Source: Botryllus schlosseri (taxonomy: Eukaryota). From it: 64,000 nt of DNA. Shown in pieces: positions 15,101 through 26,627 of this stretch. Both the position numbers and the translations under genes were made by a program. The stretch is from contig CM119372.1 of assembly GCA_051294905.1 (NCBI GenBank), positions 20,462,001 to 20,526,000 on the forward strand, in the 5' to 3' direction. Positions within the stretch are counted from its first letter, which is position 1, and each line of letters opens with the position of its first letter. Under the pieces are notes generated by a model. It saw only the letters and a list, made by a program, of their open reading frames with translations. It did no database searches and was not told where the DNA came from.

Positions 15101-15135
15101 TTTTGAACCCATACAAGACTATCCCTTCTTCTTGA
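6198..15135 (+). CDS. D2HGDH: D-2-hydroxyglutarate dehydrogenase, mitochondrial FAD-linked oxidase, 11 coding exons
   Basis: Phase-compatible GT-AG exons: 6198-6250 (inferred first exon, Arg-rich transit peptide), 6823-7054, 7658-7741, 8505-8607, 9038-9231, 9334-9502, 10531-10707, 10776-10885, 13356-13518, 14034-14163, 15009-15135. Motifs: [80 protein letters not shown]. The start codon choice (6198, 6219 or 6234) is uncertain. Confidence 0.93.
10932..11861. mobile_element. hAT non-autonomous element, GACTCGAGTC-repeat family, in D2HGDH intron 8
   Basis: TIR CAGTGTTGGGAT...ATCCCAACACTG, exact TSD GTGTACTG, subterminal GACTCGAGTC/CAAGT arrays. Confidence 0.85.
12189..12989. mobile_element. 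hAT non-autonomous element, GACTCGAGTC family, opposite orientation to 10932-11861
   Basis: CAGTGCTGGGA...CACAACACTG, TSD CTTCTAAA/CTTCAAAA. Internal sequence is homologous to 49068-49830 and carries a LINE 3'-tail insertion at about 12735-12793. Confidence 0.75.
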
Positions 15136-16184
15136 CCAGACCTATTACGATTTGCATTGATTGATACCAGATCAGTTCCACTCGTGTAATTGCAATAATT
15201 CCTATTTTTAATTCATTGGTAACTTCATTTGACGGTCGTGGTCATCAGAATCGGGATGTTAGACAGGATACGCGATTGATGATAAAAACGAGAAAATGAT
15301 GGGGGATGTAATTACTACTAGTACTACTAGTAATTACAGTTAGCAGACTAGCAATCGGCTTATAATAATAATAATAATGTAATAATTTATAGAGCGCCGA
15401 ATATAACAATATATCATTACTACACTAGGGCGCTGTACATAAAAGGTAATAAAATATAAAAGTAAAGGATATGTATAAAAGACGAAGGCTTATACAGAGA
15501 CGTCGTTGAATAAAAAAGGGTTCGCCAAGGATTACTTTGCAGGCCCATCGTTATTCGGTACGAAACTAGGGATAAACAATATAATGACTATACAATACAT
15601 ATAGCCTAATTCGAAATGACAGATTACACCCACTATGTTTCGCTACCTGTGAGAAGGAATAGCCTACTCCTGACGTATATCGAACTACGACAAATCTCAC
15701 ACCAATAACTGGATCTGCAGAATCGACATAACGTTAATAACAAGTTGCAATGCTCGTGTACTGTACACTTGTACAGATGTGACCGACATTGATACGTCGG
15801 ACATACAGTAGCTGTATGTAAAAAAAAAGATTACGTACAACGGACCCAGATATCAGCATAGCGGGGATATTTTCGGGCGGGTCATACCGTCTACGCAGCC
15901 CACGTGTTCTATCCGAACCCAACATAGGGATATTTACAAAATATGTTGGATTGTTCGTGATAACCACCATTTGGCTTGCATCGTGTGAAACTCGAATACA
16001 ATTTTCCCAATCGAATAATTCTAACAGAAAGGTCTATATATTTTCCAATTCAATGTTATTTTGTTACGGAAAGATGAATACCACTCGAATTCACTTCGCG
16101 GTCACATCAAAATGTTTCGCAGGAAGCAATTCTAAATCTGCAACACGTAAAACGAATAACAATTGCCTCATCTTGCAACTGTTC

Positions 16185-16440
16185 TGAGTTCGAGATAGTG
16201 TAATGGTGATGCGTCCGGCTTCTCGATCGGTAGGTCGTGGGTTCGATCCCCGGCTAGGTCATACCAAAGACTTGAAAATTTGTATCCGCAGCTATCCTGC
16301 TAGGCGCTCAGCAATCACGGATAGCATGGAGGAGAAATAAAACGGGGGCGCAGACTAGGTGACCTCCCGGTCGTATCGCAACTTCGTCGTCAATGCATCT
16401 CGATAGTGCAGGCGAAAAAGAATATCTTCTCTCCCTTTCT
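16185..16440 (+). mobile_element. tRNA-derived SINE with a central domain resembling the MetaSINE core
   Basis: Pol III box A (TAGTGTAATGG) and box B (GGTTCGATCCC), followed by GGTCATACCAAAGACTTGAAAAT...CCTGCTAGGCGCTCAGCA. Further copies at 3979-4262 (-) and a partial one at about 30975-31085 (-). Confidence 0.75.
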
Positions 16441-16648
16441 CGAACATCATTTTTATAACAATGTCTGCATCAGGTAAAGCTTATCAGTCATCAGCTTTAT
16501 ATTCCAAGAATCGACGTGTATTGAACTGATAAAAATTGCTAACAAACCGAACCGACGCATCTCGTCTTGAAAGTGATTTTCCAGGCCGATTCGCATAATA
16601 GACACACAGAAATTGTGTCAAAAATTGTAGCCACGACTTGTCATAATA

Positions 16649-17092
16649 TAGGCTTACCATACGTCCTCTTTTAAGAGGATTTGTCCTCTTTTTTGACGTT
16701 TTGGAAAGTGTCCTCGGAGGACGCCCTTTTGTCCTCTTTTTTGAGATTTTGTCCTCTTTTTTGAAAATTTAGGTCAGATATAGAGGAAATTGCGAGTGAT
16801 ATGCCGCAAATTAGCGCAGAAGTGAAGCTCCGGCGGTTATTTCGGAGGAAAAGCGGTGATTTCAGCTCTGAGCGAAATGAAGACCTTTTTTTTTTTTAGT
16901 CATCCACCTGGCAATGTAGAGTAAAAAACGTTATATTGAGATCTGAGTGGAAGTGAAGACCATTTTTTTTTAGTCAACCGACCGCAAAGTGGGAAAAATT
17001 CACCGGTTTTTGAGAATTCTACTCCGGTTTTGCATCTTGCAAATTTCTGAAAAAGTGTCCTCTTTTTGCATTTTCAAAATATGGTAAGCCTA
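16649..17092. mobile_element. MITE with TAGG(G/C)TTACCATA termini (hAT Tip100-like), GTCCTC subterminal repeats
   Basis: TAGGCTTACCATA...TATGGTAAGCCTA with CATAATA flanking both sides. Relatives at 26186-26474, 30182-30465, 39968-40284 and a partial copy at about 39545-39652. Confidence 0.8.
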
Positions 17093-17534
17093 CATAATAT
17101 GAAGTTGACATAATGAGTATATTAGTAATGCAAAGGTTCAATTTAGTTTATTAATATTTTCATCATTCAACACTAGCTCTGCGAGATAGAGGAGTGAGGA
17201 GGGCTTGAAGTACAGTAGCGAGTGAGTGATCGCAACGTCTCGTTCAAACCGCCTTTTTTCAATTTGAAATGCCGACGTCCGTCAGCACGTAGCATTTGCT
17301 GACTACAAATCGATGCGGCAATCGACGGGACAGCGGTCATTGTCAGTCGTGGCAATGAAGCTGGTAAAAGTAATATATTGCGTTGGCTCCTGGCGAGTAC
17401 TAGTCAGTTGGAATTAGATCGGGATAACCCTAGGATATGCGAAGATCTGCATCAGGTTATCGAAGATAAAGTCATTGTCTCTTCGTATTTTATTCAAGTA
17501 TACTTGACTATAGAAATATATATATTCACCGACC

Positions 17535-20500
17535 ATGGCAAATAGTGGAGACAAGACTGGTTGGCTGCCGCCATTTAAAGGGTAGGAATGTTACTTTGTA
17601 TAAATTCAGCTTTTGTCCACAATTATTTCCGCTCTTACAGGTTTTGTACTGATGCTATCCATGCTGGCCAAGACCCTGAGCAATGGAAATCCAAGCTGGT
17701 TGTACCTGCCATCACTCTTGCTACAACGTTCAAACAGGAGGCACCAGGGGAGCATTCCGTAAGTTAATATTCAACTTGAAAGCAGGATCTCTCAAGTTAT
17801 AGTTTTGGGATGCTATGTAATTCAAAATGTTCTTAGACATCTTCTAGAGCAGTGGTCGGGAACCTATGGCTCGCGAGCCATATATGGCTCTTTTGGGTAT
17901 AAGCTATGGCTCTTTGCGAAATATTTATTTTTGTACTGAATTGATCATTATTGCAGCGACATGTTGGCAAATTTTCATCACAGCCGGAATAATTATTCTC
18001 GTGACAGTATAAACATGTCTTTGAGAGGTAAAGACAATGCCGACTTCATGTTTAGGGGCCTAGTCCCCCTCTTTTCAAAATCATAAAATTTAAGTTACTG
18101 TCACGCCGGCGGTCAATACCACTCGCGAATTCTATATACTCGACTCGAAATCTTGAATTGTGCGACACGTTGATTAATCAAAGACCATAGCAGACATGGT
18201 GACGCCCATTTCAAAACGTAGTTTTCAAATACACAGTGTCTTCCTGATCTACGGCGCGAAATGAACTGCCGTGGACGTGACATTCCCCAGTACAAACTCG
18301 AATTACAAACAACGCCAGAGCTATCCACGTTCTTGATTAGTAAGTAGCTTTGTAGTAACGGCGATAAAATGTATACGTGCAGCGCAACGTTATGTTACCG
18401 CCGAATACCTTGACAATTGAGAAGTCGATAAGTATTTAAATTTTCGGGATCAGTGTGACAGTTACATTCGATTAATATCAGTTATGATAAATTCTAAGCT
18501 ACTTACGATGAATTGTGGTATCAGTGGTGAGGCTTGGCCCGTCTGTGCCTTACCTCTCGTTTCGAGCTTTGTTTTCGTACAATAGCCTACATACCCATTT
18601 TTACAGTGAAAATATGACGCGCACGAGGAATCCGAATTCGAATTACTGCTACCATGACGTGATGAATTTTCAATTGTGACGTAACAGTTGATTGACATCT
18701 ATGGCTCTTTGGGAGTTGAGATAGAAAAAATACGGCTAATATGGCTTTTTGGACCAAAAAGGTTCCCGACCACTGTTCTAGAGCCTAGTGCTATTCTATT
18801 AATCGAGCGTCCACTTTGAGTAAAATTGTGTGAAAATCTCTTTTTAAGTTTGTAGTTGGATAGAGAATAGGCGCTTCTTGATTAACAGTGATATCACAAA
18901 GTGTTCCCCATGACCCTGGGTTGACGTGCATAATAGACACTAGTTGGTGTTAGTAATACGTCATTTCATACAGACGAGACAAAGGGCATAATTGTTGATA
19001 TGATGGGTAAGGGGGGTGTCAGAGGAGTGTAGACCATTGCACATGTAGCGATACCCGCATGACTGCTACAACAAGGTCAACCACCTGTGCCTAAGCCTAA
19101 CCAGAGTCGGTAATATGTTCAACGGCAAAGGGTCACAGTGAGCAGACAGCATACCACATAGTAAGGCTTCCGAGTGCCTGAATTTGATCGTAAATAAACC
19201 TCGAAAGTCAATACAAGCTAATATTTACTGTGTAACTCCTACTTGAATTCATCCTAAAGGCGAACATCTTTGAGAAGTCTGTTGTGGTATGTTAATTTAA
19301 GCTTTCAATGGCACTCGAGTTTACTACCTACTTGAAAACAAAAGATTTCAAAATGGAGAAGTCTCTGAACACAGCAAGAAAATTGCTACAATTCGACTCA
19401 TTCGATTCACATTTGATACCGTTCATCAATTTGTGAATATTTACTGCCTTCATATCTTCACGACCTCTGGGCCAGATAATATTGATGATGAATGGTTTGA
19501 CATTTATTCGTCTTGACAGGTGCAAACATTCTTGGAATGGACTGCTTCAATATTGCCAGCATGATAATTATCAGTACCAAATGCTGTGGGAATTCTTGAA
19601 GGAAATGACTATATCAGCTGCGACAAAGCAGCCTTCTGCCATTATAGAATTATGATTTCGATGCCCCTATACCAGAGGTGCGCAAACCGCCTACTGATCA
19701 TGTGTACACAATGAATATTTTGGTTTGAAAAGTATAAATAAAGTATAAAGTAAAAATATCTCCTTGGATTCGATTTTCATAATGCCAATGAGTGTAAGCT
19801 TCCCAATAGCGGACCAACATATAAAAAGTACGATTTAGGTCAGTTGTACAAAAACTTCTGATTAATAATTTTCAGATCTAAACTCTCTTCCAAATTCAAG
19901 TTTCAAAAACCAAGTCGTCATGCAAAGACTCAAGTCATTTTGTATCATGCCCACATTGCCCAGTTCCTCACTTTCAAGATCAAATATGTGACTCGTCTTC
20001 ATTCGAATAATTCATTCGCATGAGCATTCAAGGGTTGACAGATTCTATGTTCAAGTCTAAATCCATTTCTTGAGCAGAGATAGAGCAGGGGGGTACCGTA
20101 TAGTGCAGGCGTTCCCAACCTTTTTATGCAACTATGAACTTGCCAACCTCCATCAATCAAGGCTGTAGCAACGTAGGCTATATAGGTCTTTCGGACTGAT
20201 TTGATCCGAGCAAAGTAGCCAACCACTGATAGGTTAAATTATTCGACACACGAACCACAGATAGTGATCTATAAGTTATTCTGCTGCACTGAGCGTGTGT
20301 TTATATATACTGTTAACACAAAGCTGTCACCTGAGTCTTCCTGGAAGGAAAATGGATTGTTTTGATTTTATCAATTTATATGGCACTCACGACACTTTAA
20401 TCTTGATGTGATGGCCAAACACCGACCTTGCGTTATAGTAGGTGGCGCTTTTAAGTGACGCTTCGATTGATCTGATACCTACCTTGAATGTTGGGTTCGC

Positions 20501-23500
20501 ATGCCTCGTTGGTCTTTTTTTTTATTGTATTAAAATTTTCTGAAGTAGGCCGCCGATAGCGTCTGCTTGAATGGAATTCTTGTAATATTCAATGGTACTG
20601 AATTTTCGTCTCCGCAGAGTGTAGGCACACGACCCGTTAGGGTCGCGACTCCTAGGTTGGGGACCCCTGGCATAGAGAACTACCAGCATATATCCTTGGT
20701 AAATTGTATTTTGCTAGGTTTCAGAAAACGTTTTGTAGAAGTTTGACAAAATGACTTCAGTAAGCTGTGCAAGTGCGTCAAAATACTTCAACTCATACAA
20801 AGAATTATACTTCATTACTGATCACTTTAGAGTCGCCCGGCCCTTCCCTGTACTGTGTCAGATCAATTGCAAACATCAAAAAATATGTGCCAAAGGATTA
20901 TTGCTATTTTGCAGGGGTATGAATACAGCCGAAGTGGCAACCCGACCAGGACATGTCTGGAAAAGTGTGTCGCAGCAGTCGAGGGGGGCAAACATGGTAA
21001 GTCGTTCCTGAATCGTGCGAGGGATTAATCTAGAAGCATTTGTCAATTTTGCAACAGGTCTTGCATTCTCCAGCGGCCTTGCTGCAACACAAACGATCAT
21101 CAATCTGCTAAAAGCCGGTGACCACGTTGTGACCACCGACGACGTTTATGGTGGGACAAACAGGTTTGTTTTCGGAACTGTTTTGTATATTGTGTTGTCG
21201 TGAGTAATTATGATGCCGGAATTGGTGTTTTTGTTATTCAATATTTGAAAGACCTGATTTGATTCCTGATTCGAATCGTACAACCCATTCTAAGCGATAT
21301 CTAATCAGTGATCTGCTACTCAATAATGATTGTGTAAAACTAAGCTTTGTCATCTATACTGCACTCTCGAATTATTAGCCTTTCAAAAACATCGTGAATT
21401 GATTTCTCGTGTCTCAGGTATTTTCGCCGCGTCGCTTCGAAATTCAATTTGGAGTTCTCCTTCGTCGACTTTACAGATCTTGGAAACGTAGAAAAGGCCA
21501 TCAAATCCAACACCAAGGTTGTAACGATAACGATATGATGCAACACGCCTCAATCAGTGAACAGTTATTTCTTGTAACAGCTGCTTTGGGTCGAGACCCC
21601 TACCAATCCCACGATGAAAATCACTGATGTACGAGCCGTCTCAGAAATTGCCCATCGACATGAGGATATTCTGGTCGTGGTTGACAACACTTTCATGTCG
21701 TCTTACTTTCAGGTAACTTTATTTCAGAATGATGATATTTTCTTGCTCTGTTATACCTCCCGCTAATTCTTGCAGCGTCCTCTGTCTCTCGGCGCAGACA
21801 TCAGCTATCATTCAGCCACAAAGTACATGAATGGACACACGGACGTGGTCATGGGATTGATCATCGTCAACGATGACGAGTTAAGGGACAAGTTGTATTT
21901 TCTGCAGTACGGTAAGCCAGCTTTCTACATGTTCTGCTATGCGACGTTGTGATATTGTGCATTTTCTCAGCCACCGGACCAACACCGTCACCGTTCGATT
22001 GCTACATGGCCAATAGGGGGCTGAAAACCCTCGCTTTGCGAATGGAGCGACATCAGCAGAACGCTATCGAAGTTGCAAAATTCCTTGAAAAGCATCCATT
22101 AGTGGAAAAAGTGAAATACGCCGGGTTGCCGTCGCATCCTCAGTATGAGATCATGCAAAAACAGGTGAAATAGTGGAATAGTAGCCTACTCGGTGTATAC
22201 TCTTGTGTCACGACTTCCAATTAATTATGGTGCTCTCTGCAGTCTGCATCTTGTCATTGGAAAATATGACTAGGTAGATCACAAGAGATTCTGTTTATAA
22301 AAGATTATGCAGCACGTGTTGTATACATTGGTTTACATCATCAACCTACTTGTTCTGATACGTGTAATAATTGGTGTTTATATTTGGTGTTTATATTGCA
22401 TCAGTCAAGTGGTCCTTATTCCTAACTGTACTCAGTGGGAAGTATATCGCTGTCAATGTGATAGATATGGGCTATATGCATGCTGTATCTCATTCACGCA
22501 GTAAAGGTATCTGTTAACCAACATATTGCTGCATATATTTTTATGACCGAATTGAAATGTACATCTTGTTTCCTGTTAGGAAATCCTGCATACAAATCTA
22601 ATTGCCTGCATGCAAAGCTAATTTGACAACAAAACTGCCCATCAACACTGTTTTCTGCATTTAGTTCAAGTTTTCATGCTAATTGTACTCTTCGGGTGTG
22701 GTTGGGCTTATTAACTCACTGTAGCTTGTATTTTGACTAAATGTATTCAGTGATTTGCCTTCCGGCTAAACTTGACATCCTGAATTAGTTTGATGGTTGC
22801 GAAGCTATCAGGACTGCAGTGCCGCGTTATTGCATACCAGACTATTATTACCAGTGTAGTGTTCATTCCTTTTTCTGCTCATATACTCAATTGGATTAGT
22901 TACTCTGGTATGTACCTAGTTATTAAATTTGCGTATATCACATTGATGACTTCATACAACCGTCTCTCTAGACTGTTACAATATTGAAATAGCCTTTCAA
23001 ACTTGTAAGTATTGATCGTCAAGTTGAGTATTACCACGCAGTAATACCTTGAGCAACAGAAATTCATATATAGACAGGTTTAGGTACGTACTATAGATGT
23101 CATTGTCATATTAATTTGAAAACGCTATTATTAGCTAGTCAACTTGATGCAGTAACATAAAATTAGCGATGTACCGAGTACAATTGTGGATGCCTGAGGC
23201 GCATTTAAGCTCTGAATATATATGCTTGAGGTACTTGGCCTAATGATAATCTAATCCAGGGATCGGGAACATTGTTTTGCTCTGTTGACCGGTTTCAAAA
23301 TGTTTTTTTCACAGACTGGGCTTCAAAAAAACACAACTGCTCAACCTTGAAAAAGCCTTGTAGTCAAATGTTATCATGCACATTCTTGCACAGACATTGG
23401 AAAGTTAATGAATTGACCGTCGAAGCGCCATATCATCTCTAACCATTACACGATACGTAGAGCTGCGCCGTGTCTTATGGCATAACATTCCTAGGCCACG

Positions 23501-24008
23501 GGCTGTTCTGGTATGCTGTGCTTCTGGATGAAAGGCAATTTGCAACAGACCAAGAAATTCCTATCTAGCATGAAGATTTTCATCCTAGCCGAGAGCCTGG
23601 GAGGGTTCGACAGTCTTGCTGAGCATCCGTAAGAAGACTCGTCTCCAATTTTACGTTCAATCCCTGTGAATTGCTTCTCTCGTTTTCTGTTCAGCGCCAT
23701 CATGACGCATGCATCTGTACCGCCCGAGCAAAGGGCACAGTTAGGAATTGGGGACAACTTTGTTCGATTGTCTGTCGGCCTGGAAGACGTGAAGGATTTG
23801 ATAGAGGATATCGACCAGGCGTTGAAGATAGCTGTGAGTTCTTTTCGAATAACGCTCAATTTGAAATTCAATTTATGGTGTGTTGTTTCCTGTATGACTC
23901 GACCTATATCTAACGCTTGGTAGGCCTACTTATATTGTCGATTGCATTATAATTCTCTTGCACTCTCGCTTCAAGGTTTCAGCAAACTCGGATGCATGGC
24001 TGATTTGA
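17535..24008 (+). CDS. CTH: Cystathionine gamma-lyase, paralog 1 (canonical), 11 coding exons
   Basis: Exons 17535-17581, 17641-17758, 20915-20996, 21058-21163, 21418-21517, 21581-21712, 21776-21911, 21971-22164, 23495-23628, 23695-23833, and a short last exon 23976-24008 (or 23983-24003). Motifs: AIHAGQDPEQW, GYEYSRSGNPTR, DDVYGGTNRY, WVETPTNP, VDNTF, PLP-lysine SATKYMNGHTD, AESLGG, RLSVGLED. AATAAA near 24068. Confidence 0.95.
17850..18775. mobile_element. hAT (Buster/Charlie-type) MITE in CTH paralog 1 intron 2
   Basis: TIR CAGTGGTCGGGAACCT...AGGTTCCCGACCACTG, exact TSD TTCTAGAG. Confidence 0.9.
20106..20669. mobile_element. Degenerate hAT (Charlie-type) MITE
   Basis: CAGGCGTTCCCAACC...GGTTGGGGACCCCTG, imperfect TSD GTATAGTG/GCATAGAG. 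Confidence 0.6.
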
Positions 24009-24188
24009 TTGAGTATTACTGCTTGTCGATTTATTATTAAAAGAGAGACCTACCTGCTGAAATTTGAAATAAATTAGCAACCGGCAACTGAACATTATGA
24101 TTGTGGTGACACAAACGGGCCTTGAATTCCATCGTGGTTTATTTGTATTTCGTTTTTTTCTCTAATATGCTTCTGAAATTGTCTAATT

Positions 24189-24518
24189 CAGTGGTTCTCA
24201 ACCTTTTTCGACCCATCGCCCACTTTTCAAGCTCAACACCGATCATCGCCCGCCAAATTTTGTGTCCGAAAATTGGGCATACAAACTATAATCACCGATG
24301 GGTTGACTAAAAACAAGGGTCAACTTTTCGGCTCGAAGCCTAATTTGACACTTTTGTAACTAATTTCCGTGGGTTGACTAAAAAAAAGGTCATCTGTTTT
24401 GACACGTCATCACCCCCCCCCCCCCCGTCGCCCCCTTTGTCCATTTTCGCCCCCCTATCGCCCCCTTCGTCATTTTCGCCCCCCTAGACCGCCAAATCGC
24501 CCACGTTGGGAACCACTG
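24189..24518. mobile_element. hAT MITE with TCGCCCCC subterminal repeats
   Basis: CAGTGGTTCTCAAC...GTTGGGAACCACTG, exact TSD GTCTAATT. Same family as 26628-28598. Confidence 0.85.
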
Positions 24519-26627
24519 GTCTAATTGTATTTGACTTATTGAATTGTGGTGTTCTCTTGTCTCTTCGCAAGCAAGCAAGCATTATTGCAAATTGTCAGAT
24601 ACCTGAGCTCCAACTATTTCTTTTGTTTCATCCGTATAACTTGGGCTCCATATTATTCTTCTACTCTGGTTCAGTGGTTGTGTTAACATCGAAATAAGAC
24701 TGCTAAACACTCACAGTTAGCAAGTCTCTAAGCAGGAAGAGCCACTAGACAGGATTTTGTTCCCGTGAAATAGAAGCTCTGTATCAACGGAGTCTCGTTT
24801 CTAGACAAAGATAAGATAGCGTTGGCCTTGCGGTGATGCAGTGTGTTAGTCGCCACCCAAATTTTGTTTATGTGAACATTGTTCTGCAGAAAACCATGCA
24901 CATACTCGCGTATTTTTGTACATCCATTGTCAACGATCGCAATATGTATCCTATTTTGCAGGTATCTTCCTAGTGTGAATTGACAAGCATTCGATACTGA
25001 CAACGTGCACTCATCAGTTTCAGGATCTTCGAATTTTCTAACGCTATTAAGTGCCATACTTTTGCCATCTACAATATTCAGCCATTCCGATGCTCCTTGC
25101 TACATCATGTCCGTTGTTATTTAAGTAGGAGATAGATTAAGGATACCTCAATCCTTCCACAACACACCAGTTACACAAGTTAATGTGATGTAAGTTCAAC
25201 AAAGTTGCGTGCTTTACCTACTAAAATAAGCTTTTGTTATATTGCAATGTTTAAATTTATTTTTGCATATCTGCTGTCGATCCAAACTGTTTAACTCGAT
25301 CCACTCCTTGGATACGTGCAAGTGCACGTTTTATGAACTATGGTAATATTTTGATTTGATTTTCGCTTGCCAAACGTTAACTTTCATAGTCTGCTTGTGG
25401 TGATACAATTTCTGACGTAATCCGAATTTACTTGCCTTAGCCAGGAGCCATGCATGGTCTCGGAAATTGAAATCGATTAAAAAGCGATAGTGCTACGGAT
25501 TTCGTTGGTATCATGGTTGTGAGCCCTGTACTTGTGGGCCAACAATCCCTGCTTGTTAATAAAAAACGAATTTTGATGATTTGTGTATGCAGATTGCAGA
25601 AGTTTGTGATGGGTCCAAAATATGCATTTAGCTGCGATTTTTATCCATTTCATTTAGTTAACAATTAGGCGTTTTGGGAGCCTCGAATTAGTCGCTAAGA
25701 ACTGCAGCTACAGTACAGCGGCGTCCTCTGAACCAGTGCTTCCCAACATTTTTCGGTTCGTGACACACTTTTAATGCAAGTTTTATTGTGCGACCCACAA
25801 TGAGAAATGACCATTGACGGAATTAATGAGAACAGAGACAGTTTATCGTATACACCACACATGCAATTTACTATTAATGCAAATTTTGATCTTGCATATT
25901 GTATGTTATCATTGGGGCGATCCTTTTTTCACATTGCAAAAAAAGTCAAAATTTTGTCAAATTTGTATTGTTAGGTCAAAAAATTGTCAAAATTGGTTAC
26001 AAAGTCAAAATATTTTGCAAACTGCACTTGGCTGGTGTCGCAGAGGGTGCATTGTCGGGGACCTCATCATTTGACAGTTTTCACCTTGTAGTCAACTTCC
26101 ATGCTTACTGTTGTAGATGATTCAATTTTTAAGTGCATAATCTTCCGTTTTTGGGAAAAAAATAATCACCCTAATTTTCATATCATAGGGTTACCATACG
26201 TCCTACTTTAGGAGGATGTGTCCTCTTTCAGGAAATACAAAATGTCGTCCGAGGACGCCTAAATGTCCACTTTTTTGGCAATTCGACTGAAAATCGGCAT
26301 AAATGACGCGAAATAGGTAATGCGGACGTTCGAGCGGGTCATTTGTGAGTCGGTATTCAGCAAAGTGGTGGGTGACCTTTTTTTATATTTCAGAATCACC
26401 TGTTTTCAATCTCGGTAGACCAACTTTTGTGATTTTTGAAAGTGTCCTCTCCGGATTCCAAAATATGGTAACCCATGTCAAGGCTAGGCCTGATTGGCAG
26501 GCCGTGTTATTTTTGGCATTTCAGGAGCCAGATGCCAAAACTGCCAAAAATAAAAATTTGAAAATGCCAAAAATAAACAATTTTTGGCATATGCCAAAAA
26601 TAACACGGCCTGCCAAATAGTGTATCT

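Noticed and set aside
16100..16120. In-frame TGA in a Cys-containing minus-strand candidate exon read as selenocysteine
   Set aside because: No redox motif, no identifiable SECIS, and the gene model itself is unproven.
16190..16262. Possible tRNA gene
   Set aside because: Box A/B are present but there is no convincing acceptor stem, and homology with other copies continues about 180 bp downstream. It is a SINE head.
17158..17165. TTTCATCA ATF4/CEBP-like element upstream of CTH paralog 1
   Set aside because: An eight-base AT-rich motif is expected by chance and cannot be supported without conservation or ChIP data.
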